Source: an uncultured Aliarcobacter sp.
GTDB lineage: Bacteria > Campylobacterota > Campylobacteria > Campylobacterales > Arcobacteraceae
DNA: 64,000 bases
Direction of reading: 5' to 3'
Assembly: GCA_963677435.1 (NCBI GenBank)
Contig: OY781945.1
Coordinates: 252,879-316,878, forward strand
How positions within the stretch are numbered: the stretch's first letter is position 1; every line of letters starts with the position of its first letter. The position numbers and the translations under genes were made by a program. Below, in pieces: positions 25,611 through 36,996 of this stretch. The notes beneath the pieces were generated by a model. It was not told the origin of the DNA, ran no database searches, and saw only the letters and a list, made by a program, of their open reading frames with translations.

Positions 25611-27071
25611 ATGTTTAATATTGGAAAGACAGAAGAAGAAAAAGCACGATTAGTTGCAATGGATGAAAACTTTGCAATTATTTCATTTAAACCAGATGGT
25701 ACAATTATACACGCAAATGATAATTTTTTAAATGTACTAGGTTATACACAAAATGAAGTAGTTGGTAATCATCATAGAATGTTTTGTAAAAAAGAGTACA
25801 CAAATTCACAAGCATATAGTGATTTTTGGAAAAACTTAGCTGATGGAAAAGCTCAAATAGATGAGTTTGAAAGAATTCATAAAAATGGTAGTTCTGTTTG
25901 GATTCAAGCTTCATATACAACTGTAAAAAATAAAAGTGGAAAAGTTACAAGAGTTGTTAAATTTGCGCAAGATATTACTGAAGCTAAAAAAGTAATTGAT
26001 GCTGTAAAAAAAGCTATTGAGTTGGCAAAAACAGGAATTATGAAACAAACAATAATTGAAACAACTAAAAATGAAGGAATAGAAGCACTTAAAAATGGTG
26101 TTAATGATTTATTTGGAATTGTATCTTCTAAAGTTGATGGTGATTTAAATAAAATATCTGAAGCTTTATCATTTTATCAAAAGTTAGACTTTAGACATAG
26201 AATTACAGGAAATAATTTAGGAGCAGTATCAGAAGGACTAAATAACTTTGCTAATGTTGTAAATGATATGTTAGTAGAAAATAAATCAAATGGATTAACT
26301 CTTGATGAGGGTTCAGATTTACTTTTAGCAAATGTTGATAAATTAAATATTAGCTCAAATGAAGCAGCAGCATCACTTGAAGAAACAGCAGCAGCATTAG
26401 AAGAGATTACTTCAAATATTAGAAATAATACGCAAAATATTCAAAAAATGGCTACTTATTCAAATAGTGTTACAAAATCTGCACATGATGGGGAAAAATT
26501 AGCAAATCAAACAACAGTTGCTATGGAAGAGATAAATGTTCAAGTAAATTCAATAAATGAAGCAATTAGTGTAATTGACCAAATAGCTTTCCAAACAAAT
26601 ATTCTTTCTTTAAATGCAGCAGTAGAAGCAGCAACTGCAGGAGAAGCTGGAAAAGGATTTGCAGTAGTTGCAGCAGAAGTGCGAAATCTAGCAAGTAGAA
26701 GTGCAGAAGCAGCAAAAGAGATAAAAAATATAGTGGGAAATGCAACTTCTAAAGCGAATCAAGGTAAAGAAATAGCAAATCATATGATAAATGGATATAA
26801 AGAATTAAATCAAAATATTCAACAAACAATAAATCTAATTCAAGATATAGAGATGTCAAGTAAAGAACAGCTTACAGGAATTGAACAAATTAATGATGCT
26901 GTAAATAGCCTTGATCAACAAACTCAACAAAATGCAGCAGTAGCATCACAAACTCATGATGTAGCACTGACAACAGACAGTATTGCGAAACTTATTGTTT
27001 CAAGTGCAAATGAAAAAGAGTTTATTGGTAAAAATGAAGTTAAATCAAAAGAAATAAAGTTGAAAAAATAA
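25611..27071 (+). CDS. Soluble PAS-domain chemoreceptor (MCP)
   Basis: PAS ([19 protein letters not shown]...HHRMFC...WIQASY) plus MCP signalling domain; no TM. Confidence 0.93.
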   Translation: MFNIGKTEEEKARLVAMDENFAIISFKPDGTIIHANDNFLNVLGYTQNEVVGNHHRMFCKKEYTNSQAYSDFWKNLADGKAQIDEFERIHKNGSSVWIQASYTTVKNKSGKVTRVVKFAQDITEAKKVIDAVKKAIELAKTGIMKQTIIETTKNEGIEALKNGVNDLFGIVSSKVDGDLNKISEALSFYQKLDFRHRITGNNLGAVSEGLNNFANVVNDMLVENKSNGLTLDEGSDLLLANVDKLNISSNEAAASLEETAAALEEITSNIRNNTQNIQKMATYSNSVTKSAHDGEKLANQTTVAMEEINVQVNSINEAISVIDQIAFQTNILSLNAAVEAATAGEAGKGFAVVAAEVRNLASRSAEAAKEIKNIVGNATSKANQGKEIANHMINGYKELNQNIQQTINLIQDIEMSSKEQLTGIEQINDAVNSLDQQTQQNAAVASQTHDVALTTDSIAKLIVSSANEKEFIGKNEVKSKEIKLKK

Positions 27072-27101
27072 AAAGAGAAAGCATTAAGAGCTTTCCTTTT
27101 T
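27071..27101 (+). terminator. Probable intrinsic terminator after the MCP
   Basis: GAAAGC-7nt-GCTTTC stem followed by CTTTTT. Confidence 0.5.
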
Positions 27102-27226
27102 ATAAAAATTAATTGTAACAAGAGGAAAAAGCTCAAAAAAATACAAAACATATAAGAAAATAAAAAAATTATAGGATAATTAGTATCTTATTTATATATA
27201 ATAACGATTATATGGAAAGGATTTCT

Positions 27227-28645
27227 ATGGATACTCAAAAAATAAATCTATTATCTACTTTATTTAATGAATCCCTTGATGCCATTTTAATCTTAGATTT
27301 AAAAACACAAAAATTTATCTTATCTAATCAAAAAGCTTTAGAATTATATAACTACACAGAAGAAGAGATCAAACAAATCACTCCCAAAGATTTAACTTTA
27401 GAATTTATGACAAATGAAGAAATGCAAAAAAGACAAAAAAATATTGTAGAAAAAGGCTGGGATAGATTTACAACTAAACATAAAACAAAAGAGGGAAAAG
27501 CCCTAGATGTTTTAATCAAAAGTAAAAAAGTTGAACTTAATCCAGAATCTCCATTATTATATATTACAATTATTAATTTAACTAAAGAGAGAAAAACAGA
27601 GCAAGAGTTTGAGACAATATTTTATAGCTCAAAAGATGGAATTGCAACTATTGATTTAAATGGTAACTTGATAAAATTTAATGATTCATTTAAACAATTA
27701 AGTGAATATTCTTACAAAGAGCTCATTAATATTCCAGTATTTAAGTTATTTCCACAAAATAGTGAAGAAAAAATCAAAGAACTTATAAATCAAGTAATAA
27801 AAGAAAAATATATAGAAAATTTTGAAACTACATTTATTACAAAATATGAAAAATCAATGATTATTTATATTACAATGAATTTAATGCCAAATCAAAAAGA
27901 GATTTTATTAATTATCAAAAATTTTACTCTTTTAAAGCTTATTGAATTAGAGAAAAAATTTAGATCATTAAATGAATTAATTCAAAATATTTCACATCAA
28001 TGGAAACAACCATTAAGTACAATTTCAATTATTGCAAGTGGAATTAAACTACAAAATGAACTAAATTTATATGATGTTTCAAATATAGATAAAGATATGA
28101 ACAAAATTGTAGAAATTACAAATTATTTATCAAATATCATTAATAATTTTGATGATATGGCTTTTGAAAATCTTGAGAAATCTTATAGTATTTGCCAACT
28201 AATCAATGAAGTTTTGCATGATATGAAAAAGGATTTCAATAAAAATGATATAGAAATTATTATAAACAATAAAGTTGATAATAAAATTTATATAGATAAA
28301 TTTAAATTCTCAGAAGCAATTAAAAATATTCTAAATAATTCAATTGAAGCATTTATTGAAACTAATGTTGATAATAGAGTAATTATTATAAAAACTGAAG
28401 ATATAGACAATCATCTTAATTTGAAAATCCAAGATAATGCAGGAGGAGTTGATGAAAAGATACTTCCTAAAATACTTGAACCATATTTCACAACAAAACA
28501 TCAAAGCCAAGGGACAGGATTAGGATTAACAAATGCATATAAAACCATTGTAGAAATGCATAAATACTTATTAACTTTTGATAATAGTGAAATGACCTAT
28601 GATAATAAAAGATATAAAGGCTTAACTGTAACTATTACTTTTTAG
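27227..28645 (+). CDS. Cytoplasmic PAS-PAS sensor histidine kinase (no adjacent response regulator)
   Basis: Two PAS-like segments; H-box ISHQWKQPL; N-box NILNNSIEA; DNAGG; PYFTTK..GTGLGL. ATG 27227 follows AAGGA. Confidence 0.9.
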   Translation: MDTQKINLLSTLFNESLDAILILDLKTQKFILSNQKALELYNYTEEEIKQITPKDLTLEFMTNEEMQKRQKNIVEKGWDRFTTKHKTKEGKALDVLIKSKKVELNPESPLLYITIINLTKERKTEQEFETIFYSSKDGIATIDLNGNLIKFNDSFKQLSEYSYKELINIPVFKLFPQNSEEKIKELINQVIKEKYIENFETTFITKYEKSMIIYITMNLMPNQKEILLIIKNFTLLKLIELEKKFRSLNELIQNISHQWKQPLSTISIIASGIKLQNELNLYDVSNIDKDMNKIVEITNYLSNIINNFDDMAFENLEKSYSICQLINEVLHDMKKDFNKNDIEIIINNKVDNKIYIDKFKFSEAIKNILNNSIEAFIETNVDNRVIIIKTEDIDNHLNLKIQDNAGGVDEKILPKILEPYFTTKHQSQGTGLGLTNAYKTIVEMHKYLLTFDNSEMTYDNKRYKGLTVTITF

Positions 28646-28653
28646 TAGGAATT

Positions 28654-29898
28654 CTATAAAAGAAATCCTACTGCTATTGTTAAAACTCCTAAAATCATAA
28701 GTAAAACAAAACTTGTGATTGTTTTATCTTTTCCAAACCACAAAGTATAAATTGATTTTAAAATATTATTACTTCCTGCTGATATGATAATAGCAGATGC
28801 GATGTGTGAAGGTTCGATTGTATATTTACCTGTTAAAAGAGATAAGATAAATGGGTCAATATCTGTAAAGCCCACAATTGTTGACAAAAACTGCAAACCA
28901 CTAGTTCCATAATTTTGAATAACAAAATTTGTAATCATCATTGTAATAACAAACAAAAATGCAAAAATAAATGCCGTTCCTAATTCAAGTGGGTTTGAAT
29001 CTTTTATCTCAAAATTACCCACAACTCTTGATGCTTTTTTATAATAAACATAAGTAGTAATACCTGTTAAAAGAATAAAAAACAAAAATGGTAACAAAAT
29101 TGTTTTTGCAACTTCCATATTAAAAATAGCAGAAATTGCAAGAATTCTTATGTACATCATAGAAGTTGCTGCAACAATTGCCGCAGTTATAATGTGATTT
29201 TTTTCTAAAGTTTGAGCTTTTTTTGATAAAACAACTGTCGTTGCTGTTGAAGAGTATGTTCCTCCAATTAAACCTGTTAAAAAAATACCTTTTGATGGAA
29301 ATAGATATTTTTGAACAATATATCCAGCATATGAAATAGCAGAAATCACAACAACTGTTAACCATATTTTATAAAGAGAGATACCTAAATATGGGATTAA
29401 TTTATCTTGAGGAAGTAATGGCAGAACAACAGATGAAAGTAAAACCATTTTCCCTAAAGTTTCAAATTCATAAATATTTATTTTCATATTAAAACTTAAG
29501 AACTTTTTCTTTGCATTTAATAAAAATATCGTTGATACAAAGATTAAAGAAGGAAACCAAAAAGGGAAAAGATTTGATAAAGGACCAAAACTATAAACTA
29601 ACATTAAAACCAAATATAAAACTATACTATGCTTCTTTTCATTTAATGATTTATAATAAAATAGTGTAAAAAGTAAAGAGATTCCAATAAATCCAACAAT
29701 ATAAACAGAAAAATTAATTGGTTCAATTTTATATAAAACGAATCCTAAAATACCCACAAAAGTGTATGTTCTAGCTGTTCCAAAAAACTCTTTATCATTT
29801 GGATGAAAGGTTAATTTATAAGCTCTTAATTCCAATCCTATTAAAAAACTATATACAATAGTTAAAATAAAATGTGTTAATAAAGAATCTAAAATCAT
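28654..29898 (-). CDS. MgtC/SapB- and DUF4010-like multi-pass membrane protein
   Basis: LIGLELR...GTARTY; GGTYSSTATT; GFTDIDPF; ~12 hydrophobic segments. Confidence 0.8.
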   Translation of the reverse strand: MILDSLLTHFILTIVYSFLIGLELRAYKLTFHPNDKEFFGTARTYTFVGILGFVLYKIEPINFSVYIVGFIGISLLFTLFYYKSLNEKKHSIVLYLVLMLVYSFGPLSNLFPFWFPSLIFVSTIFLLNAKKKFLSFNMKINIYEFETLGKMVLLSSVVLPLLPQDKLIPYLGISLYKIWLTVVVISAISYAGYIVQKYLFPSKGIFLTGLIGGTYSSTATTVVLSKKAQTLEKNHIITAAIVAATSMMYIRILAISAIFNMEVAKTILLPFLFFILLTGITTYVYYKKASRVVGNFEIKDSNPLELGTAFIFAFLFVITMMITNFVIQNYGTSGLQFLSTIVGFTDIDPFILSLLTGKYTIEPSHIASAIIISAGSNNILKSIYTLWFGKDKTITSFVLLMILGVLTIAVGFLL

Positions 29899-30653
29899 TT
29901 TTTGATTAATCCTTTCTCATAACAAATTGGGTCAAATTTACAAACAATATCCCTATCAAAAGCCAAAAGTTTTTCCTCTTTTTTAGCATAATCCATATTT
30001 GATAAAAAATGTTTTATTACATTTATTCTAGCTTCTTTTTTATCATCAGCATTTACAACATACCAAGGAGCATAACTATATGAAGTTCGTATAAACATAT
30101 CATCTCTAGCTTTTGAATATTCATTCCAATATTCTTCTGCTTTTTGATCAATTGGGCTTATTTTCCATTGTTTTAAAGGATTTGTCTTTCTATCTTTTAA
30201 TCTTTTCTTTTGTTCATCTTTTGAAATATCAAGATAATATTTAAAAAATATAATTCCTGAATGATTTAACATTTGTTCAAAATTGCTTACTTCATTAAAA
30301 AAAGATTTTAACTGTTTTGGAGTACAAAAATTCATTACTCTTTCAACACCAGCTCTGTTATACCAACTTCTATTAAATAAAATGATTTCTTGACATGAAG
30401 GTAAATGAGGGACATATCTTTGAAAATACCAAGATTTTTTTTCTTTATCTGTAGGTATTCCAAGAGCTATAGTTTTTACTTCCCTTGGACTTAAATGTTG
30501 TAAAAACCTTTTTATAACTCCATCTTTTCCAGCTGAGTCTCGACCTTCAAAGATGATACAAACTTGTAAATCTTTTTCAATTACTTCTTTTTGGAACTTA
30601 ACCAGTTCAACTTGTAAATCATATAACTCTTTTTTGTATTCTTTCTTTTTCAT
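29895..30653 (-). CDS. ppk2: Polyphosphate kinase 2
   Basis: FEGRDSAGKDG Walker A, WYFQRY, FNRSWYNRAGVERVM, WKISPID. Confidence 0.94.
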   Translation of the reverse strand: MKKKEYKKELYDLQVELVKFQKEVIEKDLQVCIIFEGRDSAGKDGVIKRFLQHLSPREVKTIALGIPTDKEKKSWYFQRYVPHLPSCQEIILFNRSWYNRAGVERVMNFCTPKQLKSFFNEVSNFEQMLNHSGIIFFKYYLDISKDEQKKRLKDRKTNPLKQWKISPIDQKAEEYWNEYSKARDDMFIRTSYSYAPWYVVNADDKKEARINVIKHFLSNMDYAKKEEKLLAFDRDIVCKFDPICYEKGLIKK

Positions 30654-30896
30654 TTTAAACCTACATTTTATAAATAAACTACATCTATTTTATTTTTATA
30701 TCTTAATTTTACTACTCTAATACTATCTTAAAAATAAATTATTTGACATTTTAGGTATAGATATTTTTCTAAATTTACAAAAATATTTACAAAATTTGTA
30801 TGAATAAAATCGGATAAAAAATGTCTTGAAAATAAATTTCAAAATTTTTTTGCTCATAAAATATCGTATTTTAGGGCTTTCTTAAAAAAATTATAA

Positions 30897-31889
<993 letters not shown>

Positions 31890-31936
31890 TAATTTAGATT
31901 TAAAAATAAAATAAAAATAGTAGTAAGGAGAAAATT

Positions 31937-32296
31937 ATGTTTGTATGTGGATACCACTTTCCAGCGAGTGAAGGTAATAATGTAAGTTTTGAGAAAGTTA
32001 TTGAAAAAGTAACTGAAGGTATTGATGCTGCAGGGAAAACAGTAACTTTAACAAGTGAAACAAGAGAAGGTGTTAAATTAGAAACTTTAGAAGTTCCTGC
32101 TGATACTTTTTTACATACTGCATTAGTTGATTATTATACAAATACTGAATGTGCAGAAAAAGATGGTTTCAAAATGGTTTATTATACAAATAAATACCAA
32201 ATTTCTGAAATCTCAAAAAGCGTAGATGGTGATGTAACTAAAGCTGTTTGTAAAAAATTAGATGACATGAATCTATACAGAGTTAAAGTAGCGTAA
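31937..32296 (+). CDS. Uncharacterised 119-aa protein between nifH and nifD
   Basis: AAGGAG RBS; same strand, 47 nt after nifH and 27 nt before nifD; no PII or ferredoxin motif. Confidence 0.85.
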   Translation: MFVCGYHFPASEGNNVSFEKVIEKVTEGIDAAGKTVTLTSETREGVKLETLEVPADTFLHTALVDYYTNTECAEKDGFKMVYYTNKYQISEISKSVDGDVTKAVCKKLDDMNLYRVKVA

Positions 32297-32306
32297 GCTA
32301 CTTTTT
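32285..32306 (+). terminator. Stem-loop with stop codon in the loop plus short U-tract, before nifD (possible attenuator)
   Basis: AAAGTAGC-GTAA-GCTACTTT-TT. Confidence 0.55.
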
Positions 32307-32323
32307 CTTTAAAGGAGAAAATT

Positions 32324-33781
32324 ATGGGACCAGAAACATTAGAAAGCCTACAAAAAGAGGCAATAGCTGAAGTACTAGAAGCATATCCAGACAAAGCTAA
32401 AAAAAGTAGGGCAAAACATTTAGGTGTAGATTCACCTGAAACAGGAAAAGGTTCTTGTGATACAACAAGAAGTAACAAACAAACAGTACCAGGTGTAATG
32501 TCACAAAGAGGTTGTGCATATGCGGGTTCTAAAGGGGTTGTTTGGGGACCAATTAAAGATATGATTCATATCTCTCATGGACCAATTGGATGTGGACAAT
32601 ATTCAAGAGGTGGTAGAAGAAATTATTATATTGGAACAACAGGTGTTGACACTTTTGTTACTATGAATTTTTCTACAGATTTTAATGAAAAAGATATTGT
32701 ATTTGGTGGAGATAAAAAACTTAAAAAAGCTCTTGAAGAGATTGATGAGTTATTCCCATTAAATAATGGAATTTCTGTTCAATCAGAGTGTCCAATCGGA
32801 TTAATTGGGGACGATATTCATGCAGTTGCAAAAATGCATAAAAAAGAAACAGGTCATCAAACGATTGCAGTTTCATGTGAAGGATTTAGAGGGGTTTCAC
32901 AATCACTTGGTCACCACATTGCAAACGATATGATTAGAGATTATATCATGCCAGATACTTCTTATAGAAAAGATTTCGAATCAACTCCTTATGATGTATC
33001 AATTATTGGGGATTACAACATCGGTGGAGATGCTTGGTCAACAAGAATTATTTTAGAAGAAATGGGTTTAAGAGTTATTGCTCAATGGTCTGGGGATGCT
33101 ACTTATAAAGAGTTAGCTATTGCTCCTCAATCAAAATTAAACCTATTACATTGCTATAGATCTATGAACTATATTGCTAGACATATGGAACAAGAGTTCA
33201 ATGTGCCTTGGATGGAATATAACTTCTTTGGACCTACAAAAACAACTGAGAGTTTAAGAAAAATTGCTTCATTCTTTGATGAAACAATTCAAGCAAAAAC
33301 TGAAGCTGTTATTGCTAAATATACTGCTATGACTGATGCTGTTATTGCAAAATACAGACCAATGTTAGAGGGTAAAAAAGTTATGCTTTATGTTGGTGGA
33401 TTAAGACCAAGACACGTTATTGGAGCTTATGAAGATTTAGGAATGGAAGTAATCGGAACAGGTTATGAATTCGGACATGGGGATGATTATAAAAGAACTA
33501 AAGACGAGATTGAAAGATCTACTTTAATTTATGATGATGCTAATGAGTATGAATTAGAAGCATTCGTTAAAAAATTAAGACCAGACTTAGTTGCTGCTGG
33601 GGTTAAAGAGAAATATGTATTCCAAAAAATGGGATTACCATTCAGACAAATGCACTCATGGGATTACAGTGGTCCTTATCATGGATATGACGCTTTTGCA
33701 ATTTTTGCAAAAGATATGGATTTAGCAATAAATTCACCAGTATGGAACCACACAAAAGCTCCATGGGAAAAAGAAGCGTAA
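32324..33781 (+). CDS. nifD: Nitrogenase MoFe protein alpha chain NifD
   Basis: P-cluster Cys in RGCAYAG, HGPIGCG, SECPIG; FeMo-co ligands LHCYRSMNY and FRQMHSWDY; GGLRPRH. Confidence 0.99.
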   Translation: MGPETLESLQKEAIAEVLEAYPDKAKKSRAKHLGVDSPETGKGSCDTTRSNKQTVPGVMSQRGCAYAGSKGVVWGPIKDMIHISHGPIGCGQYSRGGRRNYYIGTTGVDTFVTMNFSTDFNEKDIVFGGDKKLKKALEEIDELFPLNNGISVQSECPIGLIGDDIHAVAKMHKKETGHQTIAVSCEGFRGVSQSLGHHIANDMIRDYIMPDTSYRKDFESTPYDVSIIGDYNIGGDAWSTRIILEEMGLRVIAQWSGDATYKELAIAPQSKLNLLHCYRSMNYIARHMEQEFNVPWMEYNFFGPTKTTESLRKIASFFDETIQAKTEAVIAKYTAMTDAVIAKYRPMLEGKKVMLYVGGLRPRHVIGAYEDLGMEVIGTGYEFGHGDDYKRTKDEIERSTLIYDDANEYELEAFVKKLRPDLVAAGVKEKYVFQKMGLPFRQMHSWDYSGPYHGYDAFAIFAKDMDLAINSPVWNHTKAPWEKEA

Positions 33782-33791
33782 GGAGAAGGCT

Positions 33792-35336
33792 ATGCAAGAT
33801 TTAGATAATATAGTAAACGGACAAAAACTTTTTTTAAAGCCTGAATACCAAGAAGTTTTAAAAAATAAAAAACAATTTGAGAGTGCTACTGGTGCAACAT
33901 CACCTGAGAAAGTTGCAGAAATTGCAGAATGGACAAAATCTTGGGATTATAGAGAAAAGAATCTTGCAAGAGAAGCTATCACTGTAAATCCAGCAAAAGC
34001 ATGTCAACCTTTAGGTGCTGTAATGGTAGGACTTGGTTTTGAAAACACTATGCCTTATGTTCATGGATCTCATGGATGTGTTGCATATTTTAGAACTTAT
34101 TTCACTAGACACTTTAAAGAACCAACTCCTTGTGTTTCTGATTCAATGAGTGAATCAGCAGCGGTATTTGGTGGACTTGCAAATATGAAAGATGGTTTAA
34201 GAAACTGTAATGCTTTATATAAACCTGAAATGATTTCTGTAAGTACAACTTGTATGGCAGAAGTTATCGGTGATGACTTAAATGCATTCGTAATTGGTGC
34301 AAGAGATGATGCTGAGGGTGATTTAGATAATACTCTTATTACTCATGCACATACTCCTTCTTTTGTTGGGTCACATATTACAGGTTATGATAATATGATG
34401 AAATCAACTTTAGAGCAATTATCGGAAGGTGTTGAAAAATCAGTTGATGAAGAGAGAATTAACATAATTCCTGGATTTGAACCTTATTTAGGGTCATTAA
34501 AAGAAATTAAAAAAATCTCTAAAATGTTTGGTGATAAAATCATCATGATTGGTGACCATGAAGAACAATGGGACACAGGAGCTGGAGAGTATAAATTATA
34601 TGCTGGTGGAACAAAAATAACTGATGCAAAAACTGCTATTAATGCAAAAGCAACTATAAGTTTACAAAAATATTCTTCAATTTTAACAGCTAAAACTATT
34701 AAAAACAAATGGAAACAAACTTATGCTACTTGTAATCCAATCGGATTAAGTGGAACAGATGGTTTTGTTATGAAATTAGCAGAATTAACTGGAAAAGAAG
34801 TTCCTGAAGAATTAAAACAACAAAGAGCTAAACTTGTTGATGCAATGCAAGATTCTTATCCATATATGCATGGTAAAAAAATTGCTATCTGGGGAGATCC
34901 TGACTTCTTATTAGGAATGGTTTCATTCTTAGTTGAAATGGGTTCAGTTCCAACTCACATTGTGTGTAATAATGCACCAAGAAAAGGTTGGGAAGAAGAT
35001 ATGAAAGAGATTTTAGCAAAATCTGCAAGAGCTGCTGAATGTAATATTTGGGGTGGGAAAGATTTATGGCACCTTAGAAGTTTATTATTCACAGAACCAG
35101 TTGACTTTATGATTGGAAATGTTTACGGAAAAGAATTATATAGAGATACAAAAATACCTTTAATCAGAATTGGGTTCCCAATTTTTGATAGACATCACTT
35201 ACATAGATACTCTATTAGTGGTTATGAAGGTGGATTAAATCTATTAACTTGGATTACAAACTCTATCTTAGATCAATTAGATGAAGAGACTAAAGATATT
35301 GCAAAAACAGATTATTTCTTCGATTCAGTGAGATAA
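33792..35336 (+). CDS. nifK: Nitrogenase MoFe protein beta chain NifK
   Basis: NPAKACQPLGA, HGSHGCVAYFR, TTCMAEVIGDDL, GFPIFDRHHLHR. Confidence 0.99.
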   Translation: MQDLDNIVNGQKLFLKPEYQEVLKNKKQFESATGATSPEKVAEIAEWTKSWDYREKNLAREAITVNPAKACQPLGAVMVGLGFENTMPYVHGSHGCVAYFRTYFTRHFKEPTPCVSDSMSESAAVFGGLANMKDGLRNCNALYKPEMISVSTTCMAEVIGDDLNAFVIGARDDAEGDLDNTLITHAHTPSFVGSHITGYDNMMKSTLEQLSEGVEKSVDEERINIIPGFEPYLGSLKEIKKISKMFGDKIIMIGDHEEQWDTGAGEYKLYAGGTKITDAKTAINAKATISLQKYSSILTAKTIKNKWKQTYATCNPIGLSGTDGFVMKLAELTGKEVPEELKQQRAKLVDAMQDSYPYMHGKKIAIWGDPDFLLGMVSFLVEMGSVPTHIVCNNAPRKGWEEDMKEILAKSARAAECNIWGGKDLWHLRSLLFTEPVDFMIGNVYGKELYRDTKIPLIRIGFPIFDRHHLHRYSISGYEGGLNLLTWITNSILDQLDEETKDIAKTDYFFDSVR

Positions 35337-35340
35337 TTTT

Positions 35341-35371
35341 AAAACTAGAAGATTTTCTTCTAGTTTTTTTT
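35341..35371 (+). terminator. Intrinsic terminator after nifK
   Basis: AAAACTAGAAG-ATTTT-CTTCTAGTTTT followed by TTTT. Confidence 0.85.
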
Positions 35372-35378
35372 AAATTAC

Positions 35379-35445
35379 CGTTATATATTAAGTTACATAA
35401 TGGTAATATTTTTTTATTAAGCGTTATATACAAGAATATATAACT
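35379..35445 (+). promoter_or_regulatory. Two tandem ModE operator boxes
   Basis: CGTTATATA-N6-TACATAATG (35379-35402) and CGTTATATA-N6-TATATAACT (35422-35445), matching CG(C/T)TATATA-N6-TATATA(A/G)CG. Confidence 0.82.
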
Positions 35446-35457
35446 AAAAGGATATGT

Positions 35458-36240
35458 GTGGAATTATCATCAAACTTAACTTTAGAGATTTTTAATCAAC
35501 CTTTTTTATTAGAAAAAAGAATTGATTTATTAATTGCAGTTAAAAGAACAGGTTCAATTAGTAAGGCAGCAAAAGAAGTTCCTATGAGTTATAAAGCTGC
35601 ATGGGAAGCCATTGAAGCTATGAACAATCTATCAACAACGCCAATAGTTCAAAGGGAAACTGGTGGTGTTGGAGGTGGAGGAACAACACTTACCTCTTAT
35701 GGAGAGAATTTAATACAAACATATGAAATTCTAAGAAATGAACAAAAAAAATTTCTTGAAAATTTAACTAAAAGAACAGATATAAATACTGGAACATTAA
35801 AAGATATAAGGAGATTATCAATGCAAATAAGTGCTAGAAACCAAATAAGTGGTGTAGTTGAGCTAATAACTCATGGAACAGTAAATGCAGAAGTATATAT
35901 GAAACTAAAAAGTGGATATACAATTGTTTCAGTTATTACAAATACAGCTGTAAATAATTTAAATTTAAAACTAGGTGATGAAATTGTTGCAATATTCAAA
36001 TCAAGTACCGTTTTAATAACAACGGATATAACACTAAATATTAGTGCTAGAAATAAACTTCAAGGAAAAATTGATTCAATAAATCAAGGTGAAATTAATT
36101 CTGAATTGATTATAGATATTGGAAATGGTGACAAAATAGCATCTGTTATTACAACAAATTCAATAGGTCGATTAGGGATAAAAGAGGGTGCACAAGTAAG
36201 TGCAATTATAAAAGCTTCTGATGTAATGATAGGTAAATAA
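35458..36240 (+). CDS. modE: Molybdate-responsive regulator ModE (wHTH + 2 TOBE)
   Basis: GSISKAAK...MSYKAAW..IEAMNN, GGGGTTLT, ISARNQ / ISARNKL TOBE repeats; GTG start. Confidence 0.93.
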   Translation: MELSSNLTLEIFNQPFLLEKRIDLLIAVKRTGSISKAAKEVPMSYKAAWEAIEAMNNLSTTPIVQRETGGVGGGGTTLTSYGENLIQTYEILRNEQKKFLENLTKRTDINTGTLKDIRRLSMQISARNQISGVVELITHGTVNAEVYMKLKSGYTIVSVITNTAVNNLNLKLGDEIVAIFKSSTVLITTDITLNISARNKLQGKIDSINQGEINSELIIDIGNGDKIASVITTNSIGRLGIKEGAQVSAIIKASDVMIGK

Positions 36241-36249
36241 GGGAAAAAG

Positions 36250-36996
36250 ATGAAAAAAATAGTTTTAGCATTAATGGTTTTATGTTCAAGTATATTTGCA
36301 GGTCAAGTAAATATAGCAGTTGCAGCAAATGTTAGTTATGCAATAAATGAATTAATTGCCCAGTTTAATAAAACAAATCCTGATACACAAATTCAAGTAA
36401 CTTTAGGAAGTAGTGGAAAATTAACTGCACAAATTAAAAATGGTGCTCCATTTAATATCTTTATGGCTGCAAATATGAAATTTCCTGAGTCACTTTATGA
36501 AGAAAATATAGCAATTACTAAACCTGTTGTTTATGCTCAAGGTGCAATTGCAATGCTAAGTTCAAAAGAGCTTGATTTCAAAAAAGGAATAGATTTAATT
36601 AAGGATAATTCAATATCAAAAGTTGCAATTGCAAACCCAAAAACTGCACCTTATGGAACAGCTGCTGTTGAAGCTATAAAAAATGCAAAAATTCCTGATT
36701 CAATTGAGAGTAAATTTGTATATGCAGAATCAATTTCACAAGTTGTAACTTATGCAACAACAGCTGCTGATATTGGATTTATTGCAAAATCTTCATTATA
36801 TGATGAAAAAATGTCTCAATATAAAGAAAATATAAACTGGATAAGTGTTAATCCAACTTTATATACACCCATAAAACAAGGTATTGTAATCATCAATAAT
36901 GCAAAAGATAATCTAGAAGTAAAGGCATTTTATGACTTTATATTAAGTGAAAAAGCGAAAAAAATATTTGAAGATTATGGATATTTAGTAAAATGA
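36250..36996 (+). CDS. modA: Molybdate ABC transporter substrate-binding protein
   Basis: Signal peptide; AVAANV, GSSGKL, ANPKTAPYG. Confidence 0.95.
   Translation: MKKIVLALMVLCSSIFAGQVNIAVAANVSYAINELIAQFNKTNPDTQIQVTLGSSGKLTAQIKNGAPFNIFMAANMKFPESLYEENIAITKPVVYAQGAIAMLSSKELDFKKGIDLIKDNSISKVAIANPKTAPYGTAAVEAIKNAKIPDSIESKFVYAESISQVVTYATTAADIGFIAKSSLYDEKMSQYKENINWISVNPTLYTPIKQGIVIINNAKDNLEVKAFYDFILSEKAKKIFEDYGYLVK

Noticed and set aside
27185-27210. ModE-like half-site TATATAATAACGAT (and TATATAAACG near 42892)
   Set aside because: Spacing and the partner half-site do not fit the consensus; expected by chance in AT-rich DNA.
31937-32296. nifI/PII or ferredoxin identity for the inter-nifHD gene
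   Set aside because: No PII signature (e.g. GxGxQ, GDGKIF) and no Fe-S Cys spacing.
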